Shown one piece after another: positions 31,301 through 43,048 of a stretch of 64,000 bases of DNA. The position numbers and the translations under genes are program-made. The stretch is taken from assembly GCA_963702425.1 (NCBI GenBank), contig CAVPCQ010000011.1, positions 32,001-96,000 of the forward strand, given 5' to 3'. This DNA is from an uncultured Acidobacteriota bacterium. GTDB taxonomy: Bacteria > Acidobacteriota > Polarisedimenticolia > J045. Each line of letters opens with the position of its first letter. The first letter of the stretch is position 1. Below the pieces are notes generated by a model. That model ran no database searches and had not been told where the DNA came from. It was given only the letters and a program-made list of their open reading frames with translations.

Positions 31301-32716
31301 ATAGCGAACCTCGTAGTAGGTCGCCGTTCCGGTCAGGCCGTCGTCGCCGGGCGCGGTCCAGGTCAGGCCCATCGTGTTCGAGCCCGGGTCGGAGGCGGCC
31401 AGGTTCACGACCGCGCCAGGCGGCACGTCGTCCGGCTCGGCGATCGCGAAGAAGGCATTGAGCCGGCCGCTGCTGACGACCAACCCCTGCATCGACGCGA
31501 TGTGGTCGACCGAGTTGAGCAGCACGCTCTTCATCTGCGCCACCGGGATGTTCGGCGAGATCGAGCGGATCAGCGCGCAGGCGCCGGAGACGTGCGGCGT
31601 CGCCATCGAGGTGCCGGAGAGCGAACCGTAGGTGTTCCCCGGCATCGTGCTCAGGATGTTCGTTCCGGGCGCGGCCAGGTCGACCGACGTCGGTCCCCAG
31701 TTCGAGAACGACGACTTGGCGTCATTGTGGTCGGTCGCCGCGACCGAGATGATGTTCGGCAGGTCGTAGTTGCTGGGGTAGTGCGGCGAGGTATCGTTGT
31801 TGACGTTGTCGTTGCCGGCCGCCGCGACGAAGGCGATCTCCTGCGCGCCGGCGCGCGCGATCGCGTCGTACAGCGTCTGCGAGAAGCCGCCGCCACCCCA
31901 CGAATTGCTCGTCAGGTCGACGCCCATCATCGTCGCGTAGTCGACCGCGCGGACGGCGTTGTCGGTGCTGCCCGAGCCGCTGGCGCTCAGGAACTTGAGC
32001 CCCATCAGCTTGACGTTCCAGGCCACACCCGCCACGCCGACCGCGTTGTTGCCCCGGGCCGTGATCGTGCCCGAGACGTGGGTCCCGTGGCCGTTGTCGT
32101 CGAACGGATCACCGTCGTTGTTGATGAAGTCGTAGCCGCGGATGTCGTCGACGTAACCGTTGGCGTCGTCGTCGATCCCGTTGCCGGGGATCTCGCCGGG
32201 GTTCGTCCAGATGTTGAGCGCGAGGTCCGGGTGGTTGTAGTCGATGCCGGTGTCGATGATGCCGACCACGACGTCGGGGCTGCCGGTCGAAACGCCCCAG
32301 GCCAGGTCCGCGTCGACGTCGGCGTCGGCCGTGCCGCCGGTCTGGCCGGTGTTGACCATGCCCCACAGCTCGGAAAGGCGCGGGTCGTCCGGGATCACGT
32401 CGGCCGACAAGATGTAGTTCGGCTCGGCGTAGACGACGAGCGGGCTGGCCGACAGCCGCGCCAGCGCCTCCTGCACCGACACGCCTTGCGCGAGGCGCCA
32501 GTGCTCGGCGCCGGAGAGGAAGGCGTGAACCGTCTCGGCTCCCAGTTCGCCCTGCAGGCGGACCCGCTCGGAAGCGGGCGCCCCGGGGAGCAACTTGAGG
32601 AGCACTTCTCCATCGACGAAGGCGGGCCCGCTGCCCGTCCCGGTCGAGGACTCGGGCAACATCAGGCACAGGAAAGCGACCAGAAGGATGACCAGCAGTG
32701 AAGACCGTCTCGCCAT
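25346..32716 (-). CDS. Large secreted S8 (subtilisin-like) serine protease, 2456 aa, with FN3-like domain and four tandem ~430-aa modules
   Basis: Signal peptide; triad motifs IIDTG, GHGTHVSG, SGTSMATPHV; four GGPDx(F/Y)GYRWxDS modules alternating with Ig-like domains. Confidence 0.92.
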   Translation of the reverse strand: MARRSSLLVILLVAFLCLMLPESSTGTGSGPAFVDGEVLLKLLPGAPASERVRLQGELGAETVHAFLSGAEHWRLAQGVSVQEALARLSASPLVVYAEPNYILSADVIPDDPRLSELWGMVNTGQTGGTADADVDADLAWGVSTGSPDVVVGIIDTGIDYNHPDLALNIWTNPGEIPGNGIDDDANGYVDDIRGYDFINNDGDPFDDNGHGTHVSGTITARGNNAVGVAGVAWNVKLMGLKFLSASGSGSTDNAVRAVDYATMMGVDLTSNSWGGGGFSQTLYDAIARAGAQEIAFVAAAGNDNVNNDTSPHYPSNYDLPNIISVAATDHNDAKSSFSNWGPTSVDLAAPGTNILSTMPGNTYGSLSGTSMATPHVSGACALIRSISPNIPVAQMKSVLLNSVDHIASMQGLVVSSGRLNAFFAIAEPDDVPPGAVVNLAASDPGSNTMGLTWTAPGDDGLTGTATYYEVRYSLSPIDEGNFAAAERAGNEPVPAVAGTIQQMEVRGLDANKLYYFAMKAFDEWGNVGPLSNVVEASTLPPPTAVADPLTIADALFTGEQSDHVVTLTNTGVGTLDFTIPSPSVGEPQAVAEPLKLGKDEIDPRHGEPVVANAGGPDTFGYRWMDSDEPGGPVFAWTDIAATGTPINITADDATSGPLALGFNVAFYGTFFDSIRVCTNGWLSFTSSASSYSNQPLPSTGAPENLIAPFWDDLNPAGTQKIFFESFGNKAIVQWNAIAPYSGTGTFTFQAIIDQSGAVTFQYLAMTGAVNSATVGIQDASKTVGLQVAFNQAYIHDELAVRIAATPQWLTASPSSGRLHAGESIPINVHMDASGLEGGTYPGTVNILTNDPAQPNIPVQVTLQVTGAPDIAVQPASIDYGDRFVNNPHTASLIVANDGTDVLHVTEIVGSAPELTATPNVFDVPPRGSQNVTVTWAPTLIGPFSGSLTVQSNDAADPSLAVPVTGNAVAAPIMIVDPALFDETLYSGHQVVRQLNVTNTGGSTLEVTAAADQGVSGNGTGLVYAPDESAEGAGGPDAFGYRWKDSDESGGPAYDFVDISGTGTTITFTSQDDALSAAISMGMTFPFYGSNFSSLKVGTNGFLTFDTTDTSTRLSNYSLPSTSGAKNQIAIFWDDLHLRTGNVKYLNDGTRFIIQYTNVEKYSPSGSPLTFQVQLYPSGKILLQYRTMAGTLNSATIGIQDGTKTIGLTANYNANYVHSGLAVQFSRVPDWLTVTPNHASVPPGASFAFDVKFDSTSRNGGDLTGAVVLTTNIPSQATERVPATLHVIGAPIVGLVPTSYAYGTRYTGYSYLTTFQVVNNGTDVLNVSSVYSSDPTLLVEDPQGGEAIPEAEFPLLPGQARLFNLRWAPMLPAPLDAQVHVLSSDPVTPDAILPVTGNAILPPVAVWAPDHFAESMNSGELVHRTLNLANQGGSDLTFAVAVQLDSGAVVTVDSSPELKKDEADTRPGILGSGGPDVFGYRWKDSDAPGGPAFGWVDISSIGTPIPLNADDQNLGTFPIGFDFPFYGQTFNTFRACTNGFLSFTSTATSLTNYQLPSTSAPENLLAVFHDDQDFRTAGAAYYYNDGSRLIVSYVAVPRYSSGGPYTYQVILYPSGKIVYQYLDMQGTRLNEATVGIQNADKNDGLTVVYNAAYVHDSLAVEFSPPANWLRVSPTSGTVGAGLATDLDVTIDSTGLLGGNYAATIDLVTNDPVHAAISVPVSLHVIGTPDIDAQPTSLLFPTTFVGFSSQQVLNVRNVGSDTVHITGLTVEGEFQAAGLAPPVDLGPGGSIPVTVSFLPLDEGTRLGALTLVSDDPDEPALIVPLQGEGLWPPEMHATPPEIHAALPPGGQGTKVLNIANAGGSDLVWDGGTNLISIAVGVTPGTYVELEKGEEDTREGALGTGGPDLYGYRWVDSNEAGGPAYDWFDISAIGTQLTGLTGDDQTALSVPLGISFPFYGNSFTTASVCTNGWLSFTSSLTAYTNQPLPNTGTAVPENLIAAFWDDLHMRTTGKVFTWSDGSRFIVQWNNVERLTAGSLFTFQIQLFPNGRVLLQYKSMSGLLNSGTIGIQDAGKSDGLTVVFNQDYVHSEMAIEFKNIPQWLHIAPEEGTVAEGGNQDVSVLLDVAGLEDGMHEGTIQLRSNDPYNPLVEVPVFVNVGVIEPTLTEFVPKVLRFADTGILRVRMTVELPAGLNPHDIRLSSVVMNDVVPALADPAPYYTDDNHNGIEEATFWFDWNLVKTTLAEGMLIPVTIMGEVEDVQWFRGTDYIRTGDPDQYAPVPGAYFTAGQPVPIRWNESSSEIAHRYTIQLSRDGGSTWETLATQLTATSFDWTAAGPATTNAIVRVLSYDVTGRLLGSDDSAAPFTIAGGILAPPLPIDGAQLLVERLGAETVLTWKPPVADLDHGPADRYHVYRGTDPQNLVEVALVNTTEYREQAGAPVPGLVYYRIVAANTSGDAR

Positions 32717-33052
32717 GACCCCGCCTCTCGCCCGCGCCCGCGGCGCGCGGACGTACTGGCCCGCGGTCGAACCGCGGGCCGTGTTGGACCGAGTGCGACG
32801 GGGCCCTTGCTGCTGCGGCGCGAGGGACCCCGCGGTCCTGACCCCAGCCTCCGGAGACGCCGGTGCGTCCAACCCACTGCGCCGCGGCGCGGCGCCCAGA
32901 ACGACCCTCCCACAGGCCGATGAAGCGTCTTCGTTTAGCCCCGCGGGAGGCGGGAAGTCAAGGGCCTCGCGGCCGTTCGTCGCGCATCCTTCTTGATGCG
33001 AGATCGTTGCACCTTGACGAGATACCAACGAGCGCGGGCGATTCCGGACGGT

Positions 33053-33802
33053 TCAGATCGACTTCGCAAGGTGGCGGGCCCGCTCCATCCTCCGCTCGAT
33101 CGTTTCGACCCGTCGCGCGTAGCCCCGGCTTGCGCTCCCCGGATGCCAGGTCGAGGGCCTCGGCAGGCCGGCCGCCAGCAGCGCCGCCTCATGCGCCGTC
33201 AGATCCGCCGCGCTCTTGCCGAAATAGCGGCGCGCCGCGGCCTCCGCTCCGAAGACCCCTGGCCCGAACTCGACGACGTTCAGGTACAGCTCGAGGATCC
33301 GCTTCTTGGAGAGCGCGCGCTCGAGCTGCCAGGTGAGTGCCGCTTCCTTCGCCTTGCGCCAGGGGTTGCGGGAGGGCGACAGCCAGAGGTTCTTCGCCAG
33401 CTGCTGCGTGATCGTCGAGGCACCGCGCGGCAGCTCGTGCTCCTCGCGGGCTTCGGCCAGCGCCTTCTTCAGCTCCGCGATCTCGAACCCCTCGTGGTCG
33501 AAGAAGCCGATGTCCTCGCCGACCAGCGCCGCGCGCTTGAGATGGTCGGAGATGCGCGCGTAGGGGACGAAGCGGTACGCGACGTCATCGGGCCGGCCCG
33601 CGGCGCGCTGCCGGCGCCGGAACGCCTCCGTGAAGGCGGTGTCCTGCGGGTCGGCGGTCGCAAGCGCGGAGACGGCGGGCCAGGTCACGGCCTGCCACGC
33701 CGCAAACAGCGCGACGGCGAGCACCAGCCCGGTCAGGACGCGCCGCAGGAAACGGCCACGTCGGGTCCGCCGGCTGCTTCCCCGGGGCCGCGCGCCGGAC
33801 AT
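33053..33802 (-). CDS. mtgA: Monofunctional biosynthetic peptidoglycan transglycosylase
   Basis: ED.GFFDHEG, RGASTITQQLAKNL, RKAKE, KKRILELYLN. Confidence 0.93.
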   Translation of the reverse strand: MSGARPRGSSRRTRRGRFLRRVLTGLVLAVALFAAWQAVTWPAVSALATADPQDTAFTEAFRRRQRAAGRPDDVAYRFVPYARISDHLKRAALVGEDIGFFDHEGFEIAELKKALAEAREEHELPRGASTITQQLAKNLWLSPSRNPWRKAKEAALTWQLERALSKKRILELYLNVVEFGPGVFGAEAAARRYFGKSAADLTAHEAALLAAGLPRPSTWHPGSASRGYARRVETIERRMERARHLAKSI

Positions 33803-33811
33803 CACGCCCGG

Positions 33812-34990
33812 TCAATGCGCCGCGTGCGCCCGCTCGAACGCCTTCGCGAAGCCGGGCATGCTGCGCACGATCGTGTCCTTGGGGACGGTGAAGGAGACCC
33901 GCATGTGGCCGGCGCAACCGAAACCGGAGCCCGGCACCGCGAGCACCCCCTCCTCGGCGAGCAGCTGGACGAAGGCCACGTCGTCGGCGATCGGTGTCTG
34001 CGGAAAGACGTAGAACGCCCCTTCCGGCTTGACGCAACGGTAGCCGATCCGCGTCAGCCCGTCGTACACGAGGTCGCGCTTCTCCTGGTACGGGGCGATC
34101 TCCACCGTCCGGTCACCGACCTCGGCGACGACCCACTGCCAGAGCGCGGGGGCGTTGACGAATCCCAGCACGCGTTGCGTGAAGCAGCAGGCCTCGAACA
34201 GCTCGGCGGCTTCAGGCAGGCGCGGCGAGAGGGCCAGGTAGCCGATCCGCTCGCCCGGCAGCGCCAGCGCCTTCGACCACGAGGTCCCGATCACCGCACG
34301 CGTCACCAGCGCCGGCACCTCCGGGGCCCGGATCCCGTCGTAGGTGAGCGCCTTGTAGGGCTCGTCCACCAGCACCACGATCGGTCGGGCGGCGCGCTGC
34401 AGCGCCGCCTCGAGTTCCTCGAAGATCTCCGCGCGATAGACGACGCCGCTCGGGTTGTTCGGCGAGTTGACGATGATCGCGCGGGTCCGCGGGGTGATCG
34501 CGGCAGTGATCGCGGCGACGTCGGGCTGGAAATCGTCGCGCGTCCGGGCGACGACCATCGCGCCGCCGTGGTTCTGCACGTAGAAGGTGTACTCGGCGAA
34601 ATACGGCGCGAGGACGATGACCTCGTCGCCCGGATCGAGCAGCGCCTTCAGGACGGTGTTGAGCGCGCCCCCGGCGCCGACGGTCATGATCACGTGGTTC
34701 GCGGTGTACGGGAGGCCGGTCGCCGCGGCGAGCCGGGCCGCGATCGCCGCCCGGACCTCCGGGAAGCCGGCGTTCGGCATGTAGGCGTGGCGGTGCGGCC
34801 GGGGGGAGGCGAGCTCCCGCTGCGCCGCCTCGATCACGATCCGGGGCGGTTCGACCTCGGGATTCCCGAGCGTGAAGTCGAAGACCCTGTCCTCACCCCG
34901 CTCGGCCTTGAGACGGGCCCCCTCCTCGAACATCCGGCGGATCCACGAGGCGTGGTGCAGGTTCTCGGAAACGCGGCGGCTGACGATCAT
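33812..34990 (-). CDS. PLP-dependent class I/II aminotransferase (aspartate aminotransferase-like)
   Basis: SWIRRMFEEG, DFTLGNP, NSPNNPSG, DEPY, SWSKALALPGERIGY. Confidence 0.92.
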   Translation of the reverse strand: MIVSRRVSENLHHASWIRRMFEEGARLKAERGEDRVFDFTLGNPEVEPPRIVIEAAQRELASPRPHRHAYMPNAGFPEVRAAIAARLAAATGLPYTANHVIMTVGAGGALNTVLKALLDPGDEVIVLAPYFAEYTFYVQNHGGAMVVARTRDDFQPDVAAITAAITPRTRAIIVNSPNNPSGVVYRAEIFEELEAALQRAARPIVVLVDEPYKALTYDGIRAPEVPALVTRAVIGTSWSKALALPGERIGYLALSPRLPEAAELFEACCFTQRVLGFVNAPALWQWVVAEVGDRTVEIAPYQEKRDLVYDGLTRIGYRCVKPEGAFYVFPQTPIADDVAFVQLLAEEGVLAVPGSGFGCAGHMRVSFTVPKDTIVRSMPGFAKAFERAHAAH

Positions 34991-35043
34991 GGGCGGACTA
35001 TACCGTCCCTCAAGTCCGGGCGGCACGGGCCGATAGGGGGGGC

Positions 35044-35781
35044 GTGACCGAGGCGCTCGCTTCGACGCTGACCGTCGACCGTCCGGGCTACAGCCTGTGG
35101 GCCCAGGTCATCGGCCTCGACGTGCCGGTGCTCCTGGTCCACCACGCGCTGGGGACCTTCGCCGGCTACAGCGACCCCCATCTCGGCAACGTGGCCGAGT
35201 GGATCGTCGCGCGCGGCTGCCGCGTCGTGGGCTACGACCTCGCCGGCCACGGCGCCTCCGGCGGCCGCGAGCACTTCCCGGACGCCTACCTCGAGCGTTC
35301 GGTCGCCGACGCGCAGGCCGTGCTCGATGCGGCAGCGATCCCGACGGCGGCCGTGGTCGGGATCGGGTTCGGCGGGCTGGTCGCGCTGAACCTCGCGGCC
35401 AGCGCGCCGCGCCGGGTGTCGTGTGTCCTGGTCGATTCGCTGCCCGGCATCCACGAGGCCATCGGCCCCGAGCCGTGGCCCGGCCTCAACGAGATGGGAC
35501 CGCGCGCCGGTGCGGGCTTCGGCGAGACCTACCGCGACTACCTGGCCGGCCTCGCACGGCAGCCGGGCTACCCCTTCCTCGCCGGCCGCCCGCACTGCCC
35601 CGGCCTGCTCGTCGCCCCCGGCGAGGCCGACGGGCCGGCTGCGATCGCGCTGCACGAAGCGGCGCGCCGGGCCCCCTCGATGGCGGTAGCGATGGTCCCC
35701 GGCTCTGCGCCTCCCGCCTGCTGGAGCGCGCCGCGGTGGTTCCTGCAGGAGGCGGAGCGGTTCCTGGCGGCCTACGCCTAG
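35044..35781 (+). CDS. Alpha/beta hydrolase fold protein lacking the canonical nucleophile
   Basis: VLLVHH, YDLAGHGAS; nucleophile elbow reads GIGFGG. Confidence 0.75.
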   Translation: MTEALASTLTVDRPGYSLWAQVIGLDVPVLLVHHALGTFAGYSDPHLGNVAEWIVARGCRVVGYDLAGHGASGGREHFPDAYLERSVADAQAVLDAAAIPTAAVVGIGFGGLVALNLAASAPRRVSCVLVDSLPGIHEAIGPEPWPGLNEMGPRAGAGFGETYRDYLAGLARQPGYPFLAGRPHCPGLLVAPGEADGPAAIALHEAARRAPSMAVAMVPGSAPPACWSAPRWFLQEAERFLAAYA

Positions 35782-36239
35782 GGACGGGCGAGCGGGGTCG
35801 CGCGCCCGGCGCAGTCGGGACAGACGCCTCCGACCTCCATCCGCAGGAACTTGACCTTGAAGCCGGTCTCCTGTTCGAGGCCGGCGCGCAGTTCCGCCAT
35901 CACGTGGCCGGACAACTCGAGCACCCGCCGGCAGGTCAGGCAGATGACGTGCGCGTGCTCGGTCTCGCGCCGGACCTCGTAGAAGTGGCGATCTCCCTCG
36001 AGATGCAGCAGGTCGAGTTCGTCGACGAGGCCGAGCCCCTTCAGCAGCCCGAGCGTGCGGTAGACGGTCGCGCGGTGGACCGACGGGTCGATCGCCTTGG
36101 CGCGCTCGGCGATCACCTCGACATCGAGGTGGTCGCCGGCCTCCTCGAGCACCCGGACGATGGCGCGGCGCGGGGAGGTCACGCGGATGCCCGCGTCGCG
36201 CATCCGATCGACCAGCCGGGAGGAGGGGGCGGCGCTCAC
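35778..36239 (-). CDS. Fur family transcriptional regulator
   Basis: RVTSPR, HLD, RATVYRTL, EHAHVICLTC, GVCPDC. Confidence 0.92.
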   Translation of the reverse strand: MSAAPSSRLVDRMRDAGIRVTSPRRAIVRVLEEAGDHLDVEVIAERAKAIDPSVHRATVYRTLGLLKGLGLVDELDLLHLEGDRHFYEVRRETEHAHVICLTCRRVLELSGHVMAELRAGLEQETGFKVKFLRMEVGGVCPDCAGRATPLARP

Positions 36240-36322
36240 CGTTCCATCCTGCCACCGGGGGCCGGGTGACTTCAAGCTGCGACCGCTCCGCGGTAAGATC
36301 CGGATCCCTCCCCGGAGCGGCC

Positions 36323-38522
<2,200 letters not shown>

Positions 38523-38526
<4 letters not shown>

Positions 38527-39963
38527 GCCGCGCCGTCCCGGCCGCGCGCATCCGCGCGACGGACCTCTACGACCTCGCCGTCTGCCCGCACCGGATCGCG
38601 CTCGACCGGCGCCTGCCGCGCGACGCCCGCACCCCGCCGGGCGCGGCGACCGCGCAGTTGCTCGAGCACGGACTGGCGCTCGAGGCGGAGGTCGCGGCGG
38701 CGCTCGGCTACCCGCAGCCGGAGTACGCGCCGGGCGACTTCGTCGAGGGGGCACGACGCACCCGCGCGCTGCTCGAGGCGGGCGTGCCGGGCGTCTTCCA
38801 GGCGGTCCTCTTCGACGGCCGGCAGCTGGCGATCCCCGACCTGTTGCGGCGCGTCGAGGGGGCCTCCGCACTGGGCCCGTTTCACTACGAGCCGGGCGAC
38901 GTGAAGGCCGGGCTGGCGCCGCGCGCCGACCACGTGCTGCAGGTCGCCTACGGCGGGAGGCTGCTCGCCGCGCTCCAGGGGCTGCCCCCTTCGCACGGCT
39001 TCCTCGTGCTCGGCGACCGGCGCGAGGAGCGCTTCCCGCTCGGCGAGCTGCAGCACGTGCTGACCTCGGCGGTGGCGCAGGTCGAGGCGATCGTCGAGGG
39101 TGGCGGTGGTGCCGAAGGGGACGGAGAGACGTTCCCGTTCCTCGGCCCGGGCTGCGCCGGCTGCCGCTGGCGCGGTACCTGCATCCCGCAGCTCGTCGCC
39201 GGCGACGACCTCTCGCTGGTCGACGGGATGACGCGCACCCGGCACCGCGTCCTGCGGCGCCACGGCGTGGCGACGGTCCACGCACTGGCCGCGCTCGATC
39301 CCGCGGCGTGGCGCGCCGCGGGGCGGCCGCCGCTCGGTCTCGACCTGCTGACGCGGCAGGCCGCGGCGCTGGCCGACGGCCGGGTCAGCGCCGGCCCGCA
39401 CGCTCGACCTGCCGGCGCTGCCCGCGGGCGCGCTCCTGGTCCACCTCGAGTGCGACCCGCTGGCCGCCGACGAAGTCGTGCTGGCGGCCTGGGCGGAGTG
39501 CGACGCGCAGGGTGCGTCCGGCCCGGAAACGGTGCGCGTGCTGCTGACGGCCGCGGAACGGGGGGCGGCGGCGGGAGAACTGGCGGCGCTCCTCGAGCGC
39601 GCGCCGCGGCCCGTGCTGCACTTCGGCGGCGCAGTTGCGCGCGCGTTCGATGCGCTGGGTGAGACGGGGGGGATCGATCCGCTGCGGCAGGCGGCGCTGG
39701 CCGCGCATCTCGTCGACGTCGCCGCCGTGCTGCGGCGGGCCGCGTCGTTTCTTCCCGTCCGGCGCTACGAGCTGGAGCAGGTCGACGCCGCGCTCGCGGG
39801 CCAGCCGCTCCCTGGACCGGATGCCGCGGACGAGCCGGCCTTCCTCTACGCCGCGTTCCTGCGGGACGGCGTGCCCGGCCCGTGGCGGGATGCGCTCACC
39901 GAGCTGGGCGCGCGGCGCCTGGCGCGGCTCGCGCGCGTGGCGGCGTGGATGGTGCGGCGGTGA
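38523..39963 (+). CDS. TM0106-like RecB/Cas4-type nuclease with degenerate RNase H-like domain, frameshift near 39395
   Basis: CPHR near the N-terminus, IPDLL, DVK, QVAY, CAGCRWRGTC; C-terminal VDV..LPVRRYEL; GTGA overlap with gmhA. Confidence 0.8.
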
Positions 39964-41784
39964 GCGCGCCGGCCGGACCGGCAGCCGCTGCCGACGCCGC
40001 GTGGCGCGACCGGTTGCTGCGCTCCGTGCTCCGCGAGCGGGCGGCGTCGCGCCGCGACCTCGACGAGTTGTACAGCCTGCCGGTCGCGGGCCGGGTCGAG
40101 GCCGGCTACGCGATCGACGGGTTGTCGTTCGCCGGGTGGGAACCGGGCTCGGGACGGCTGGCGCTCCGCGCGTCGAGCAACAGCTCCGGCTTCCGCCTCG
40201 CCGACCGGCTGCGGCTCGGCCGCGGCGACGACCCGTGGAACGCCCTGCCGGTCGAGTTCGTCGACTTCGACCCGTCCGAGGGACGGCTGACGCTGGCGGT
40301 CCCGTGGGGCAGCGACCGCGAGGCGCTCGACCGCCTCGTGCGGCGCGAGCCGGCGCTGGTCCTCGACCGCGGCGACGCCGACCTGACCGACGCGCTGCTG
40401 GGCGCGATCCATCGCACCTACGCCTCGCCCTCGCCGCGGGAGCGCGCGCTGCGCGACCTGCTCGCCGGTCGCCTGCAGCCGACTCCCGACCCCGCCGGCG
40501 AGGCCGCCGCACTCGACTCGCTGGAACGGCTCGCCGCGCGCGGCCTCGCGCTGCGCCCGGCACAGGCCGAGGCCTACGCCGCGGCCTGGGGCACACAGCC
40601 GTTCCAGCTCGTGCAGGGGCCGCCCGGTACCGGCAAGACCTGGCTCCTGGCGCTGCTCCTGGCCGCCTGGGCTTTCCGCGGCGAGCGCGTGCTGGTCACG
40701 GCCTTCACGCACCGCGCCGTCGACAACGTGCTGCAGCACGCGGCGGCGCTCGTGCGAAGCGCCGGAGGGGGCGTGCCGGTCGTTCGCGTCGGCGCGCGCG
40801 CCGACCAGCGCGAGGAGCTGGAGCTGCTCGGGATCGGGCTGGCCCGCGGTCCGGCGCAGCTCGCGTGGCCTGCCCCCGGCGCGCGACGGGGCCTGATCGC
40901 GGGCGCGACGCTCTTCGGCGCCGCGCGCTTCGAGGGGGCGCCGTTCGACCGCGTCGCGTTCGACGAGGCGGCGCAGGTCGCGGTGCCGCACGCGCTGCTC
41001 GGCCTCGCGGCCGGCCGCCGCTTCGCCTTCTTCGGTGACGACCGGCAGCTGGGCCCGGTCGTCGCCGGCGAGCCCGACCCGGCCCTGGCCCCGTCGATCT
41101 TCGCGCACCTGCGCGCGACGGCTCCGCCGGTCCTGCTCGACGAGACGTTCCGGATGAACGACGTCCTCGCGGCCTTCCCCTCGACGCAGTTCTACGGCGG
41201 CCGGCTGCGGCCGGCCGAGGAGGCGCGGGATCGCCGGCTCGCGCTGCCGTCGGTCGGCGACGCCGGCGCTCGAGGAGGTGCTCGGCCCGGAACCCCCGGC
41301 GGTGCTGGTGATCCTCGCGCACGAGGGCTACCAGCGGCACTGCCCGCCCGAGGTGCGCGCCGCGACGGATCTCGCGGAGGACCTGTTGCGCCGCGGTCTC
41401 CCGGCGCACGAGCTGGCGGTCGTCTCGCCCTTCCGCGTCCAGAACCGCGAGATCGAGCGCGAGCTGCGGCGGCGCCTGGCGCCGGGCGCCGCGCTGCCGG
41501 TGGTCGACACCGTCGAGCGAATCCAGGGGCAGGAGCGCGAGGCCGTCATCGTCTCGCTGGCCTGCTCCGACCCCGACGCGCTGCGCCGCGACGCGAGCTT
41601 CTTCTTCTCGGCCAACCGCTTGAACGTCACGCTGACGCGGGCCCGCACGAAGCTCGTGGTGATCGGCAGCCCGCGGATGCTCGCCACCTATCCGCGCACC
41701 CACGCGGGGCTGGCGCAGGTGGACCTGTTCCACCGGCTCTTCCAGGAGCTGCCACGCGTCGACTGGACCGCGCGCTACGCCTGA
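39960..41784 (+). CDS. Upf1/Dna2-like superfamily 1 helicase, frameshift near 41265
   Basis: QGPPGTGKT, TAFTHRAVDN, DEAAQ, GDDRQLGP, FRM, SPFRVQ, TVERIQGQE, RLNVTLTRAR. Confidence 0.9.
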
Positions 41785-42872
41785 AAGTGCAACCCTCCCG
41801 GCATCCGCATCGGCACCGCCCGCGTCGCCGCCCGCATCTCGGCCATCAACCGGCGGACCTCCTCGACCTGGGCCGGTGAGGGACTCGACTGCATCGCCCG
41901 GTAGAGGTGCTGGTAGGCCTCCGACGGTTGGCCCAGCCCCTCGAGCAGCACGCGCGCGGCGCCGAGGTGCGCCGTCACCTTCGCCTCGCCTCGTGAAGAG
42001 AGGGTCAGCGCCCTCTGGTAGGCGGCGAGCGCCGCGCGCGGGTCGCCGGACGCGGCCAGCTCGTCGCCGACCGCCAGCGCGTCGACGGCGGTGGAGGTCG
42101 CCCGCACCTCCGCCCCCTTCCCCCCGCCCCACAGGCGGGCCCCGAGCGCGACGGCGAGCGCCAGGACGGCACCCGCGATGAACCCGCCGATATGCGCCCC
42201 ATACGCGACACCGGTCGAGCCGCCGCCGCCGAGCAGCGCCGGCACCAGGTTCTGACCGACGATGTAGAACAGCAGCACGGCCGGCGCCGGCAGCTCGAAC
42301 GGCCGCATGGCCAGCGGCGGCAGGAAGAGCAGCATCCGGACCCGGTTGTGCGGGAACCAGATCAGGTACATCCCGAGCACGCCCGAGATCGCGCCGGAAG
42401 CGCCGACGGCCGGGATGTTGCTTCCCGGGCGCAGCAGGATGTCGCCGAACCCCGCCGCGAAGCCGGTGGCCAGATAGGCCAGCAGGTACAGCACCGGTCC
42501 GAGCCGGAACTCGACGTTGTTGCCGTAGATCCAGAGGAAGAGCATGTTGCCGAACAGGTGCATCAGTCCGCCGTGCAGGAACATGCTGAGCAGCATGTCG
42601 ACCGCCGACGGCTGGGCCGGACGCAGCCCGTGCTCGAAGACGACCATGTCGTACTCGGACACCTGCTCGCCGAGCGCCTGGAGCTCGGCGGGCGGCAGCT
42701 GCGCCTCCCGGCTGACGGCCTCGATGTAGGCCCGGTAGTTGGGGTCGTTCGGGTCGGCCGGCCGCTGGCTCATCGGCCACGTGAAAAGGAAGACGGCGAC
42801 GTTGATCGCGATGAGCAGGACGTTCATCCACGCGAATCCCTTGGGATTCGGGCTATCGCCGATCGGGAACAT
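41775..42872 (-). CDS. Rhomboid family intramembrane serine protease with C-terminal TPR-like region
   Basis: SMFLHGGLMHLFGNM, VGASGAI, AHIGGF. Confidence 0.92.
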   Translation of the reverse strand: MFPIGDSPNPKGFAWMNVLLIAINVAVFLFTWPMSQRPADPNDPNYRAYIEAVSREAQLPPAELQALGEQVSEYDMVVFEHGLRPAQPSAVDMLLSMFLHGGLMHLFGNMLFLWIYGNNVEFRLGPVLYLLAYLATGFAAGFGDILLRPGSNIPAVGASGAISGVLGMYLIWFPHNRVRMLLFLPPLAMRPFELPAPAVLLFYIVGQNLVPALLGGGGSTGVAYGAHIGGFIAGAVLALAVALGARLWGGGKGAEVRATSTAVDALAVGDELAASGDPRAALAAYQRALTLSSRGEAKVTAHLGAARVLLEGLGQPSEAYQHLYRAMQSSPSPAQVEEVRRLMAEMRAATRAVPMRMPGGLHFQA

Positions 42873-43048
42873 GCGGACTCTCCCCAGCGCGATTCGTCGA
42901 GTCGCGGCGGTCGGGATGATAGCTCCGGAGCGGACCGCGGCGGGCCGCCCCCGGCAACCCGGCCGTTACCGTGCCGTAAGGGGCGCTCCCCGGCCTGCCA
43001 CGGGGGCCGGATGGCCGTATCCTCCCTCTCCTTCGCCGAGGGTCCGTC

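Noticed and set aside
27551-32701. 1716-aa plus-strand ORF and similar long antisense ORFs
   Set aside because: Shadow ORFs opposite real genes, expected from high-GC codon bias; no protein motifs
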